NCBI GenBank assembly: GCA_038234045.1
Contig: JBBSUX010000001.1
Span: forward strand, 1-38,382
DNA from: Burkholderiales bacterium
Lineage (GTDB): Bacteria; Pseudomonadota; Gammaproteobacteria; Burkholderiales; Burkholderiaceae_C
Reading direction: 5' to 3'
DNA length: 38,382 nucleotides
Positions 8,450-17,383 of the stretch are shown here, piece by piece. The notes beneath the pieces were generated by a model that searched no databases, had not been told where the DNA came from, and saw only the letters and a list, made by a program, of their open reading frames with translations. The number at the start of each line of letters is the position of its first letter. The stretch's first letter is position 1. The translations under genes were made by a program, and so were the position numbers.

Positions 8450-9207
8450 CCGAAGACCGACACGCACCAGCCGTCCGCCTCTCCAAGCACGTGGCCGAAC
8501 AGCGCCAGTGCTCGCGCCGCGAAGCCGAGCTTCTGATTGAAGCCGGCAACGTGAAGGTCAACGGACGCATGGTCGATCAGCCCGGCGTCAAGGTCTCGGC
8601 GCGCGACACCATCGCGATTGCTGACGACGCTGCGCCGGAGGTGGTAGAGACTGTCACTTTACTGCTGCACAAACCCGCCGGCATCGCGGCGCCGGATGGG
8701 CAATCGGCCGAGGCGCTGGCGCTCTTCACGCCAGCCCGGCATCTGGTGGGCGACCGCTCCGGCATCCGCAGCGTGCACCGGCATTTCATACAGCAGCACT
8801 GCGCCACGCCACTCGAGCCAGCCGCAACGGGCCTGGTGGTTTTCACGCAGCATTTCCGCATCCGCCGGAAGCTGACCGAAGACGCCTCGCAGGTCGAGCA
8901 TGAGCTGATGGTCACAGTGCGCGGCGACGTGGATGAAGCATTGCTGCGCCAGCTCAACCGCGCGCCGGTGATCGACGGCCGCGCCATGGCGCGAGCGCAG
9001 GTCAGCATCAGCAGCCAGACCGAAGATGGGCGGGAAACCGGCCTGCGCTTTGCCGTCAAGGGCCACTGGCCAGGCCGCATCGCGCAAACCTGTGAAGCAG
9101 CGGGCCTCACCATCGTGGGTATGAAGCGCATTCGCGTTGGCCGCATCCGGCTAGCGGGGCTGGAGCCCGGGCAGTGGCGTTATCTGCTGCCGTACGAGCG
9201 GATCTGA
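8446..9207 (+). CDS. S4-domain protein homologous to RsuA/RluB-family pseudouridine synthases, catalytic motif altered
   Basis: S4 domain (RLSKHVAEQRQCSRREAELLIEAGNVKVNGRMV) followed by the synthase fold (ATGLVVFTQ, IVGMKRIRVGRIRLAGLEPGQWRYL). ATG 8446 overlaps the upstream stop (ATGA). Confidence 0.8.
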   Translation: MTEDRHAPAVRLSKHVAEQRQCSRREAELLIEAGNVKVNGRMVDQPGVKVSARDTIAIADDAAPEVVETVTLLLHKPAGIAAPDGQSAEALALFTPARHLVGDRSGIRSVHRHFIQQHCATPLEPAATGLVVFTQHFRIRRKLTEDASQVEHELMVTVRGDVDEALLRQLNRAPVIDGRAMARAQVSISSQTEDGRETGLRFAVKGHWPGRIAQTCEAAGLTIVGMKRIRVGRIRLAGLEPGQWRYLLPYERI

Positions 9208-9447
9208 ACAGCTGTTGAAGGCGCTGCGTCCGCGACGCTGCAGTGCTGGAGCGTCAATTGGCCATCGATTCGCATGCGGACCGAAGAAGACGTAAGCAAC
9301 CATCCAGGGAGCTGCGCCTGACAAGGCACTCGTGCGGTTGCGGCGAGAACTTTTAGGATTCACAGTTGGTAGTCGCGAGATGGCTTTTGCCGGTGTCAGG
9401 CCATCCAACAGCACCACGTTAGAGGCTTCCTCGGCGAAGACCATGTG

Positions 9448-9475
9448 ATGCAACTGATTCGCATTTGTGTTGCAT
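9448..9475. promoter_or_regulatory. inverted repeat ATGCAAC-N14-GTTGCAT about 100 nt upstream of the iron ABC operon (candidate operator)
   Basis: 7-bp arms read directly. The spacer TGATTCGCATTTGT is weakly Fur-box-like. Only the position relative to an iron-uptake operon suggests a function. Confidence 0.25.
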
Positions 9476-9573
9476 GATCTATATTTGGAGCGTGGTGGTG
9501 CTGAGTTGAAGACCGGCTCTTACGGGACAGGTTGTGTACGCCGCGTGTCTTTTCAAATCATCAAAGGTTTTGC

Positions 9574-10593
9574 ATGAAATTTTCCTTTACGTCTCTGCTC
9601 GGGGTCTTGGCCGCTGCCCTCGTCGGCATGCCGTTGGCAGTGATGGCCCAGTCCGCGTCGACCGCCGATGGGATCGTCGTATACAACGCACAGCACGCCA
9701 GCCTCGGCAAAGCTTGGGCGCAAGCTTTTACGAGTGAGACTGGCATCAAGGTAACGCTGCGCAACGGCTCAGACACTGAGCTGGGCAATCAGATTGTGCA
9801 GGAGGGCCCAGCATCACCGGCGGACGTGTTCCTGACCGAGAACTCGCCGGCGATGGCACTGGTCGATCGGGCCGACCTGTTCGCTCCGCTTGACGCCGCG
9901 ACGCTGGCCCAGGTGCCAGCGAACTGGCGCCCTACTGATGGCCGCTGGATCGGTATCGCTGCGCGCAGCACTGTGTTTGCTTACAACAAGACGAAGTTAA
10001 CGCCAGCGCAGTTGCCGGCATCGTTGCTGGACCTCGCGAAGCCGGCTTGGAAAGGCCGCTGGGGCGTATCGCCCGCTGGGGCCGATTTTCAGGCTATCGT
10101 TGGCGCGTTGCTGGAGATCAAGGGCGAAGCAGTGACCTCGGACTGGCTCAAGGGGTTGAAGGAAAACGCCGTACCCTTCCGTGGCAACAGCACGGTTCTG
10201 AAGGCGATCAATGCCGGACAGATCGAGGGTGGGGTGATCTACCATTACTACTGGTTCGGCGATCAGGCCAAAACTGGCGAAAACAGCAGCAACACGGCGC
10301 TTCATTACTTCCGCCATCAGGATCCAGGCGCCTTCGTCAGCATTTCGGGTGCAGGCGTTCTCAAGTCGAGCAAACACCAGCAGCAAGCGCGTGCCTTCGT
10401 GAAATGGGTAAGTGGCAAAGGCGGTCAAGAGATTCTGAAGACCGGCAATTCGTATGAATACGCCGTAGGTCAGGGTGCACAGTCCAATCCGAAACTGGTG
10501 CCGCTGGCTGAGCTTCAGGCGCCGGCGGTCAACCCTGCGAACCTCGACAGTAAAGCGGTCAGCGACATGATGACCCAGGCCAACCTGCTGTGA
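9574..10593 (+). CDS. Fe(3+) ABC transporter periplasmic substrate-binding protein (FbpA/AfuA-like)
   Basis: Signal peptide [26 protein letters not shown]. FbpA-type blocks present ([26 protein letters not shown]). Context with a two-domain permease and an ATPase. Confidence 0.85.
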   Translation: MKFSFTSLLGVLAAALVGMPLAVMAQSASTADGIVVYNAQHASLGKAWAQAFTSETGIKVTLRNGSDTELGNQIVQEGPASPADVFLTENSPAMALVDRADLFAPLDAATLAQVPANWRPTDGRWIGIAARSTVFAYNKTKLTPAQLPASLLDLAKPAWKGRWGVSPAGADFQAIVGALLEIKGEAVTSDWLKGLKENAVPFRGNSTVLKAINAGQIEGGVIYHYYWFGDQAKTGENSSNTALHYFRHQDPGAFVSISGAGVLKSSKHQQQARAFVKWVSGKGGQEILKTGNSYEYAVGQGAQSNPKLVPLAELQAPAVNPANLDSKAVSDMMTQANLL

Positions 10594-10696
10594 CGCCGCA
10601 CTGACCGTCAATGGACAACTCGCAGCACAGACCGCCCGTGCGTTGGCAGCGTTCGCCATCATGCAGGACGGCGCGCGCGCCGTGAGGGCACACCAG

Positions 10697-12235
10697 ATGC
10701 ACTACCTGCCCATTCGCCGTTGGCGAATGTCTTGGGTGACCAGTGCTGCGGCGGTCGTGTCGTTATTGGGGCTGCTGCCGCTGGGCTTCGTCGTCTGGGC
10801 GGCATTTCATGCGGGTTGGGCGACGGCATCGTCACTGATCTTTCGACCCAGGGTTGGCGAACTGCTGGCCAACACCGGGTTGCTGCTGGCTTTGACGTTG
10901 CCGCTTTGCGCGCTGCTTTCGCTCGGGCTGGCTTGGCTCACCGAGCGTAGCGACATACCTGGCGCACGCACCTGGTCATGGCTTGCCGTCGCTCCGCTCG
11001 CGGTTCCTGCCTTTGTGCACAGCTACGCGTGGGTCACAGTGTTTCCTGGTCTGCACGGTCTCACAGGTGGCGTGCTGGTGTCGGTGGCCGCTTATTTTCC
11101 GTTTCTGTATTTGCCAATTTCCGCAACGCTGCGCCGCCTCGACCCGGCGTTGGAAGACGCTGCGGCTTCGCTCGGGCTGAGTCCGTGGCGCGTGTTCTAT
11201 CGCGTCGTGCTGCCACAGTTGAGGCTGGCCCTGTGCGGCGGCTCGCTTTTGATCGGACTGCATCTACTTGCCGAATACGGCCTATTTGTGATGATCCGCT
11301 TCGATACCTTTACCACTGCCATCGTCGATCAGTTTCAGTCCACCTACGACGGGGCTGCTGCCAATATGCTGTCGGGCGTGCTGGTGCTGTGCTGCTTGGC
11401 GTTGCTAGGGCTCGAGGGTAGAGTGCGCGGCCGCGAACGCTACGCGAGCGTTGGGGCCGGCGTCGCGCGCCAAGCGTTGCAGTCTCGCTGTGGCCGTGGC
11501 AGCGTGCTTTGTTTGCTGCTGCCCGTTGTCACCACTGCGCTGGCGCTGGGTGTGCCGTTGTTTACGCTGGGGCGCTGGCTGGTGGCCGGCGGCGCCGGTG
11601 TCTGGCGCTTCAACGAGATCGGTCCCGCGCTTGGCCAGACCATGGCGCTCGCGCTCGTCGGGGCCTTGCTGGCGACACTCGCCGCCGTGCCCATGGCCTG
11701 GCTCTCGATTCGCGCACCCGGGCGCCTGCAGCGGGCGCTCGAAGGCTGCAACTACTTGGTTGGCTCGTTACCGGGCGTGGTGGTGGCACTTGCGCTGGTC
11801 ACCGTCGTGGTGCACGTGGCGTTGCCGATCTACCAAACGGCTGTGACCTTGCTGCTCGCTTATCTACTCATGTTTTTGCCACGCGCGCTGATCAGCCTGC
11901 GCGCCGGCATTGCGCAGGCGCCTGTCGAACTCGAACACGTGGCGCGCAGCCTTGGGCGCACGCCGGCGCAGGCGCTGTGGTCGGTCACCATGCGGCTGGC
12001 AGCACCAAGCGCTGCCGCTGGCGCGGCGCTGGTCGCATTGGGTATTACCAACGAACTCACCGCCACCTTGATGCTGGCACCGAACGGCACGCGCACGCTG
12101 GCGACATCGTTCTGGGCGTACAGCAGCGAGATCGACTATGCCGCAGCCGCCCCGTATGCGCTGATCATGGTGCTGCTCTCGCTGCCGATCACGTGGCTGC
12201 TTTATGTTCAATCTAAACGGACCGCTGGACGATGA
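10697..12235 (+). CDS. iron ABC transporter permease, duplicated (two-module) FbpB type
   Basis: About 12 predicted TM segments in two repeated modules. Start is ambiguous: TTG 10643, or ATG 10661, 10697, 10727. 10697 has the best SD-like GAGG upstream. Confidence 0.8.
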   Translation: MHYLPIRRWRMSWVTSAAAVVSLLGLLPLGFVVWAAFHAGWATASSLIFRPRVGELLANTGLLLALTLPLCALLSLGLAWLTERSDIPGARTWSWLAVAPLAVPAFVHSYAWVTVFPGLHGLTGGVLVSVAAYFPFLYLPISATLRRLDPALEDAAASLGLSPWRVFYRVVLPQLRLALCGGSLLIGLHLLAEYGLFVMIRFDTFTTAIVDQFQSTYDGAAANMLSGVLVLCCLALLGLEGRVRGRERYASVGAGVARQALQSRCGRGSVLCLLLPVVTTALALGVPLFTLGRWLVAGGAGVWRFNEIGPALGQTMALALVGALLATLAAVPMAWLSIRAPGRLQRALEGCNYLVGSLPGVVVALALVTVVVHVALPIYQTAVTLLLAYLLMFLPRALISLRAGIAQAPVELEHVARSLGRTPAQALWSVTMRLAAPSAAAGAALVALGITNELTATLMLAPNGTRTLATSFWAYSSEIDYAAAAPYALIMVLLSLPITWLLYVQSKRTAGR

Positions 12236-13359
12236 GCTACCTGGACATCCACGCAGTTCGCAAAGCCTATGGCTCGACGATCGTGCTCAACGGCGTCGAT
12301 TTGCGCGTGCCCGAAGGCAGCCGCACTGCGATCGTCGGCCCCTCTGGATCCGGCAAGACCACGCTGCTACGCATCATTGCCGGTTTCGAGGCTCCTGACA
12401 TCGGCCGGGTAATGCTTGGCGACCGTCTGCTGGCCGATGGGCCCGACGCGGTGCCGGCGCACCGGCGCGGCATCGGTTTTGTGCCACAAGATGGGGCGCT
12501 GTTCCCGCACCTCAGTGTGGCTGACAACGTTGGCTTCGGACTGCCCCGCGACACGCCACAGCGCTCACGCCGAATCAACGAGCTGATGGACATGGTGTCG
12601 CTCGACCACCCCATGCTCAAGCGCCGCCCCCACGAGCTGTCGGGCGGTCAGCAGCAGCGTGTGGCGCTGGCGCGCGCGTTGGCTCAGCGGCCCAGCCTGA
12701 TCCTCCTCGATGAGCCGTTTTCCGCACTCGATACCGGCTTGCGCGCCAGCACGCGCCGAGCGGTGGCGCAGTTGCTCGGCAGCGCGGGTATCACTTCGAT
12801 TCTTGTCACGCACGACCACGCGGAGGCGCTGTCGTTCGCCGATCAGGTGGCTGTGATGTGCCAAGGGCGATTGGCACAGGCGGGTCGTCCGCTCGATTTG
12901 TATCTACGGCCAAAAGACGCTGCGATTGCCAATCTTCTGGGCGCATCCATCGTTTTGCCAGCGCAACTGGCAGATGGCTGGGCGGACTGCGCGCTGGGGC
13001 GCATTGCCGTTGACGACAGCCAGCGCAGCGGCTCGGCTCAGATCATGTTGCGTCCCGAGCAACTACAGGTTGCCGAGGTGTCAACGGAGAGAACGCCGAG
13101 CGCAGCCGCCAGGAGCAATGACTCTGCCGAGTGCTACGGCGTCGTAACTGAGACGGATTTTGGCGGCTCTGTCTGCGTGCTGTCAGTTCGCCTGCTGCGT
13201 CACGCCCACAGTCATGCGAACAGCGTCAGCCTGACGGCAGACGGTGCGACGGCATGTGAAGCGCCACTGCTGTTGCACAGCGCTGGCGCTGATATGCCGG
13301 CGGTCGGAGCCACCGTTCGCGTCACGATGGTCGGTCAAGCCCACGTGTTCGACAGATAG
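12232..13359 (+). CDS. iron ABC transporter ATP-binding protein (FbpC-like)
   Basis: Walker [10 protein letters not shown], signature [15 protein letters not shown], Walker B LILLDEP, plus a C-terminal regulatory domain. ATGA overlap with the permease stop. Confidence 0.9.
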   Translation: MSYLDIHAVRKAYGSTIVLNGVDLRVPEGSRTAIVGPSGSGKTTLLRIIAGFEAPDIGRVMLGDRLLADGPDAVPAHRRGIGFVPQDGALFPHLSVADNVGFGLPRDTPQRSRRINELMDMVSLDHPMLKRRPHELSGGQQQRVALARALAQRPSLILLDEPFSALDTGLRASTRRAVAQLLGSAGITSILVTHDHAEALSFADQVAVMCQGRLAQAGRPLDLYLRPKDAAIANLLGASIVLPAQLADGWADCALGRIAVDDSQRSGSAQIMLRPEQLQVAEVSTERTPSAAARSNDSAECYGVVTETDFGGSVCVLSVRLLRHAHSHANSVSLTADGATACEAPLLLHSAGADMPAVGATVRVTMVGQAHVFDR

Positions 13360-13601
13360 CGTGGGCCTGACCGACCTTGCCGCCGCATCGCCTGTTCGGA
13401 GGGTGACGCAGTAATGGCGACGACGGGGTGCCGCCGCCGGCTGGACTGCTGAGGTCGGCTGTGAGCGGCATGGCAGAACGCCCTCGGCAGCACGAACAGT
13501 GGCAGTAGCCAGGCCAGCCACGAGGTGGTCACCACAGCGTGAAAACCCCCACAAAAAGTAGCCGTCATTGACAGCATCGTCAGTTGTTCCTACATTTTCA
13601 T

Positions 13602-13628
13602 AATTGCGAACAGTTCTTATTAGCAATT
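13602..13628. promoter_or_regulatory. AT-rich palindrome AATTGC-N15-GCAATT upstream of the TonB-dependent receptor (possible Fur box)
   Basis: Read directly. It sits in the only AT-rich patch of this spacer, next to ATAAT/TTATTA/AATAAA hexamers reminiscent of NATWAT Fur repeats. The match to the 19-mer consensus is only about half. Confidence 0.3.
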
Positions 13629-13684
13629 AAAATAAATGTCGGAAGTGGACGGTAAGCCGAGCACTCGCAATTTACACACGGCGC

Positions 13685-15901
13685 ATGGCGCTGACTTCTC
13701 TTCATCCCCATTTCGTAATACACATGAACTCCTGTCTTCGGGACTCAGTCGCGGTCCATCGCTTCGCGCACCTCTCCTTGGCGAAAGCGGCCTATTTGCT
13801 GGCGGCCAGTGCAACGCTTACGATTTGCGCCACACCCGCTTGGTCGCAAACCGACAGCGGCTCGCTACCACAGATCACGGTCAACGGCGCAGACGACCAG
13901 GGCTATTCGGCTAAGCGCAGCACGACCGCCACCAAAACCGATACTCCGCTTCGCGACACACCGCAATCGATCAGCGTCATCACCGCCGACGAAATGCGCG
14001 ACCGCGCTGTACAGAGCATTGCCGAGGCCACCCGCTACGTGCCGGGCGTGGGCTTCGCACAAGGCGAAGGCAACCGCGAGACACCGATTTTCCGGGGCAT
14101 CAGCACCACCGGCGACTTCTTCATCGACGGCATTCGGGACGACGTGCAGTACTACCGCGACCTGTACAACATCGAGCGTGTCGAAGTCTTTAAGGGACCA
14201 AACGCAATGGTATTCGGCCGTGGCGCCACTGGCGGTCTGATCAACCGCGTGAGCAAGCAACCCGAGTGGAAGCCCTTCTACGCAGGCTCCGCTACGCTGG
14301 GTTCGTACAGCAATCGTCGCCTGACGGCCGACTTGAACCAGCCCATCAATGACCAACTGTCGTTCCGCCTGAACGCCCTCGACGAGAACACGAAGAGCTA
14401 CCGCGACGGCGTGTGGGTGAAGCGCTCTGGTATCAATCCGACTGTCAGCTGGCGGGCCGATGCGAAGACGCTCGTCACGCTGGGCTATGAGCAGTTCAAA
14501 GACAACCGCATCGCTGACCGCGGCATCCCATCGGTCCGCGGCGTGCCCGTCCTCACTGACCCATCGACATTTTTCGGCAATGCGGCCGCCAGCCCCACGG
14601 GATCCACGCTCAACGCGTTCAACGCACTGATAGAGCACGAATTCGACAATGGAGTGCTGCTGCGCAACCGCACGCGCTCGTCAAACCAAGACAAGTTTTA
14701 TCAAAACGTATTCGCTGGCGCCGTGAATAACGCTGGAACAGATGTAGAGCTCAGAGCCTATAACAACGCAACCTCGCGCAAAAGCATCTTCAACCAGACC
14801 GATCTGAACTACACGCTCGATACAGGCACCATCAAGCACAAACTGCTGGTGGGCGCCGAGCTTGGCCAGCAAGAAACCGACAACTTCCGCAATACCGGCT
14901 TCTTTAACAACACAGCCACCGGCGTGACTGTGCCACTGGCCTCCCCGACCACCTATGCGCCAGTCGTCTTCCGCCAGTCGGCTACGGACGCGAACAACAG
15001 CGGAAAGGCAACCGTCGCAGCCCTGTATGCACAGGACCAAATAGAGCTGAGCCCACAGTTTCAGGTGATCGGTGGCCTGCGTTACGACCAGTTCAAGGTT
15101 GACTTTCTCAACAACCGCAACCTTGACCGCTTCAAAACCAACGACGGGCTCGTGTCGCCGCGCCTGGGCCTGATCTACAAGCCGCTGGAGCAGGTGTCGC
15201 TGTACGCTAACTACAGCATCGCCTACCAGCCGCGCGCCGGCGACCAGCTCGCTTCGCTGAACCTGAGCACCGCGGCACTCAAGCCCGAGAAATTCAAGAA
15301 CTACGAGATCGGCGCGAAGTGGGACGTGCTGCCTAACCTTGCCGCCACTGCGGCGATATACCGCCTAGACCGCTCGAACGTTGTCGTGCTTGACCCGACC
15401 GACCCCGCCAACGTGCGCACCATCCTGAGCGATGGTCAACGCACGCAGGGCCTCGAACTGGGTCTGAGCGGCAACATTACGCGCGCATGGAGCGTGGCGG
15501 GCGGCTACTCGTACACCGACGCCAAATTCAAGGCCGATACGTCGGCCACCATTCGCGCCGGTGCCAACGTGGCCCAGGCGCCCAAGCACACCTTCGCGTT
15601 GTGGAATCGCTATGACTTCACACCTGCGTGGGGCGCCGGTCTCGGTGTGATCCATCAGACGAATATGTTCGCGTCGAGCCAGCAGATCGTGACCGCCAGC
15701 ACGCCTTTCCCCAATGTGGTGCTGCCGGGCTACACCCGTGTCGATGCCGCCGTATTCTTCACGCTGAGCGAACAGGTTCAGATGCAGGTCAATGTCGAAA
15801 ACCTGTTCAACCGCGAATACTTCCTGAACGCGAACAGCAATACCAACATCACGCCGGGCGGGCCTCGTGCGTTCCGTGTCTCGTTGAACGCAAAGTTCTG
15901 A
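13685..15901 (+). CDS. TonB-dependent siderophore receptor (catecholate-receptor-like)
   Basis: Plug domain (TDTPLRDTPQSISVIT, IERVEVFKGPNAMVFGRGATGGLINRVSK), long beta-barrel, terminal ...RVSLNAKF. The start could instead be ATG 13724. Confidence 0.9.
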   Translation: MALTSLHPHFVIHMNSCLRDSVAVHRFAHLSLAKAAYLLAASATLTICATPAWSQTDSGSLPQITVNGADDQGYSAKRSTTATKTDTPLRDTPQSISVITADEMRDRAVQSIAEATRYVPGVGFAQGEGNRETPIFRGISTTGDFFIDGIRDDVQYYRDLYNIERVEVFKGPNAMVFGRGATGGLINRVSKQPEWKPFYAGSATLGSYSNRRLTADLNQPINDQLSFRLNALDENTKSYRDGVWVKRSGINPTVSWRADAKTLVTLGYEQFKDNRIADRGIPSVRGVPVLTDPSTFFGNAAASPTGSTLNAFNALIEHEFDNGVLLRNRTRSSNQDKFYQNVFAGAVNNAGTDVELRAYNNATSRKSIFNQTDLNYTLDTGTIKHKLLVGAELGQQETDNFRNTGFFNNTATGVTVPLASPTTYAPVVFRQSATDANNSGKATVAALYAQDQIELSPQFQVIGGLRYDQFKVDFLNNRNLDRFKTNDGLVSPRLGLIYKPLEQVSLYANYSIAYQPRAGDQLASLNLSTAALKPEKFKNYEIGAKWDVLPNLAATAAIYRLDRSNVVVLDPTDPANVRTILSDGQRTQGLELGLSGNITRAWSVAGGYSYTDAKFKADTSATIRAGANVAQAPKHTFALWNRYDFTPAWGAGLGVIHQTNMFASSQQIVTASTPFPNVVLPGYTRVDAAVFFTLSEQVQMQVNVENLFNREYFLNANSNTNITPGGPRAFRVSLNAKF

Positions 15902-15939
15902 GACATGCGTAGGCGGGCTTCGGCCCGCCTACGCATGTC
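15902..15939 (+). terminator. perfect 17-bp hairpin immediately after the receptor stop
   Basis: GACATGCGTAGGCGGGC-TTCG-GCCCGCCTACGCATGTC. No U-tract follows, so it is not a canonical intrinsic terminator. Confidence 0.5.
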
Positions 15940-16095
15940 GCGCACTGCCATGTCCCGTTGCACCCCAAGATCCCTGCCAAATAGCGCAGCGCTAGGTGCC
16001 ACGCCTCCATTGGTCGACCGTTTACCAGCAATTGAAAACCCGCTCGATCGTCCTTAGATCTTGCGCGTCGACCTGCTTCGTCAGGCCTAGGCGCT

Positions 16096-16512
16096 ATGAA
16101 TCTCTCTGCGAATTCGGCCACGGGACATCGAGGTAGACCAGTACATCAAGCTCTTCGCGCACAACACGAATACCATCGTGGCCGCCATGACCGGCATGAT
16201 TGACACCGCCACCCACACCACGGGGCTTCCTATGTGCCAGATGCCCGTCACGACTGAGGAAAAGCCTTGCTTGCTCAAACGCTCGCCTTCGCGTGGACAC
16301 CGCATTGCGACGAGATCATGCTGCGCACTGCACGAAATGCACGAAAAGATGAAGGCACGCTGAGGCTCTATGAGCGGGCAGGTTTCGATAGGCACGGAAA
16401 GCAAGCATTTGTGACCAACCTACCGCCTGACCGCTGCTTTCAGCGAACTGGACTGCCGCCAACCGCTTCAGTGAATCGATGGGTGAATCTGCATACCGCA
16501 GCAAAAAAATAA
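16096..16512 (+). pseudogene. decayed GNAT-family N-acetyltransferase
   Basis: Pieces lie in different frames: M..ISLRIRPRDIEVDQYIKLF..., then after a frameshift near 16262 GKALLAQTLAFAW..IMLRTARNA....RLYERAGFDRHGK (GNAT motif B region). No intact ORF spans them. Confidence 0.35.
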
Positions 16513-16513
16513 A

Positions 16514-16992
16514 GTGTGAAGTCTGCCGATAAGCCGGATTCTGTGCATCGGCTGCGCCTTTGCAGCGCAGCCGATGTGACCGCCATTACTCTGGGCCGGG
16601 GGTCGCCCACCCGGCTCGATGCCACCTACCCGCACACTGCCCGCGAGCCGCGGTTGGCTCAGGCATTGCTGCCCGCGCCGTGTGTGCCTAATTGGTGGTG
16701 CTGCGCGCAGAGATTGCCCGTTTCACCCGAGGCAGGCTTTGCCGGCCTCGGGCGGCTGTGGGATTCCAGGCTTTCACCTGGACCGAACGGCTAGCGCCAT
16801 CCGGTTGTCGGCTTTCGCCGCCGTCCCACAGAACACCTCTGGTGGCTACCACTGGCCCCGACTCGTCTCTGTTGCTCTGATCCTCACCTCACGGTGGAGA
16901 GTCGTTAACTCCTGCGCTGCCCTGTGCAGTCCGGACGTTCCTCCAGTGCGCTCTTTCGAGACTTGCACCAGCGGCAGTCTGGCAGGCTTCAC
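16514..16992 (-). ncRNA. rnpB: RNase P RNA, bacterial type A
   Basis: The minus-strand RNA carries these blocks: 5' GAAGCCUGCCAGACUGCC; GGAGGAACGUCCGGACUGCACAGGGCAG (P4 5' strand, complement of 16929-16944); GAUCAGAGCAACAGAGA; and 3' GCACAGAAUCCGGCUUAUCGGCAGACUUCACAC. They match the E. coli M1 RNA blocks. P1 pairing is GAAGCCUGCC/GGCAGACUUC, and a U-run follows the 3' end. Confidence 0.9.
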
Positions 16993-16998
16993 GCGGAG

Positions 16999-17004
16999 AT
17001 TATC
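16999..17004 (-). promoter_or_regulatory. candidate -10 box (GATAAT) for rnpB
   Basis: GATAAT lies 8-9 nt upstream of the predicted 5' G of the RNA. Only a weak -35 (TTCTCA/TCTCAA, 18-19 nt spacing). An AT-rich tract lies further upstream. Confidence 0.3.
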
Positions 17005-17081
17005 GGCGACGTGCAATGGTGTTTGAGAAACCTGAAACGCTTCGCGAGCAACCACGAGTTGACGTATTTACTATTTATTTA

Positions 17082-17097
17082 GTAGCTAGTAGCGCTT
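17082..17097. repeat. 16-mer GTAGCTAGTAGCGCTT, copy 1 (intergenic, upstream of rnpB)
   Basis: Identical 16-mer at 38200-38215. A close variant, AGCTACTAGCGCTT, lies at 7932-7945. All three sit in locally AT-rich patches. Confidence 0.5.
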
Positions 17098-17320
17098 AAT
17101 AAATATGGAAATATTTCATATTTCATCAATATTTTCGAGCGTTATGAACGGAAGCACAGGGGCGGCCGCCGCAAGCTCATGCCTCATTCTTCCGAAATCG
17201 CCTGCGCCGGCTGCCCCTGCGCTTCTGGACGCGTGAATGGTCATGCACCGAAAACAGCGAATAGCACGGCGCGCCGAAACCGGCCGCAAAAGGCGCAACG
17301 CCTGATCCACCCCGAAGGAT

Positions 17321-17383
17321 GTCGGGCACAGGTCGAAGCCGATTTCGGAGGAACGAGGCATGAGGCTTTGGCCTGTGCCCGAC
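17321..17383 (+). other. 20-bp helix with a 23-nt loop in the spacer upstream of the FAD-protein gene
   Basis: 17321-17340 pairs with 17364-17383: 18 Watson-Crick pairs plus 2 G.U pairs. The G.U pairs exist only in a + strand transcript. Confidence 0.5.

Noticed and set aside
9151-9453. 100-aa minus-strand ORF in the spacer before the iron operon
   Set aside because: Overlaps the 3' end of the preceding gene by 57 nt. No recognisable domain, no SD. Kept only as part of the note on the spacer.
13183-13626. 147-aa minus-strand ORF overlapping the end of the ABC ATPase gene
   Set aside because: Overlaps a confident CDS by about 180 nt, and its product is low-complexity Arg/Ala-rich.
16440-17055. 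Several 60-135-aa ORFs on both strands (for example 16516-16794 and 16619-17026)
   Set aside because: They lie entirely within the RNase P RNA gene, so the open frames are a by-product of GC-rich structured RNA.
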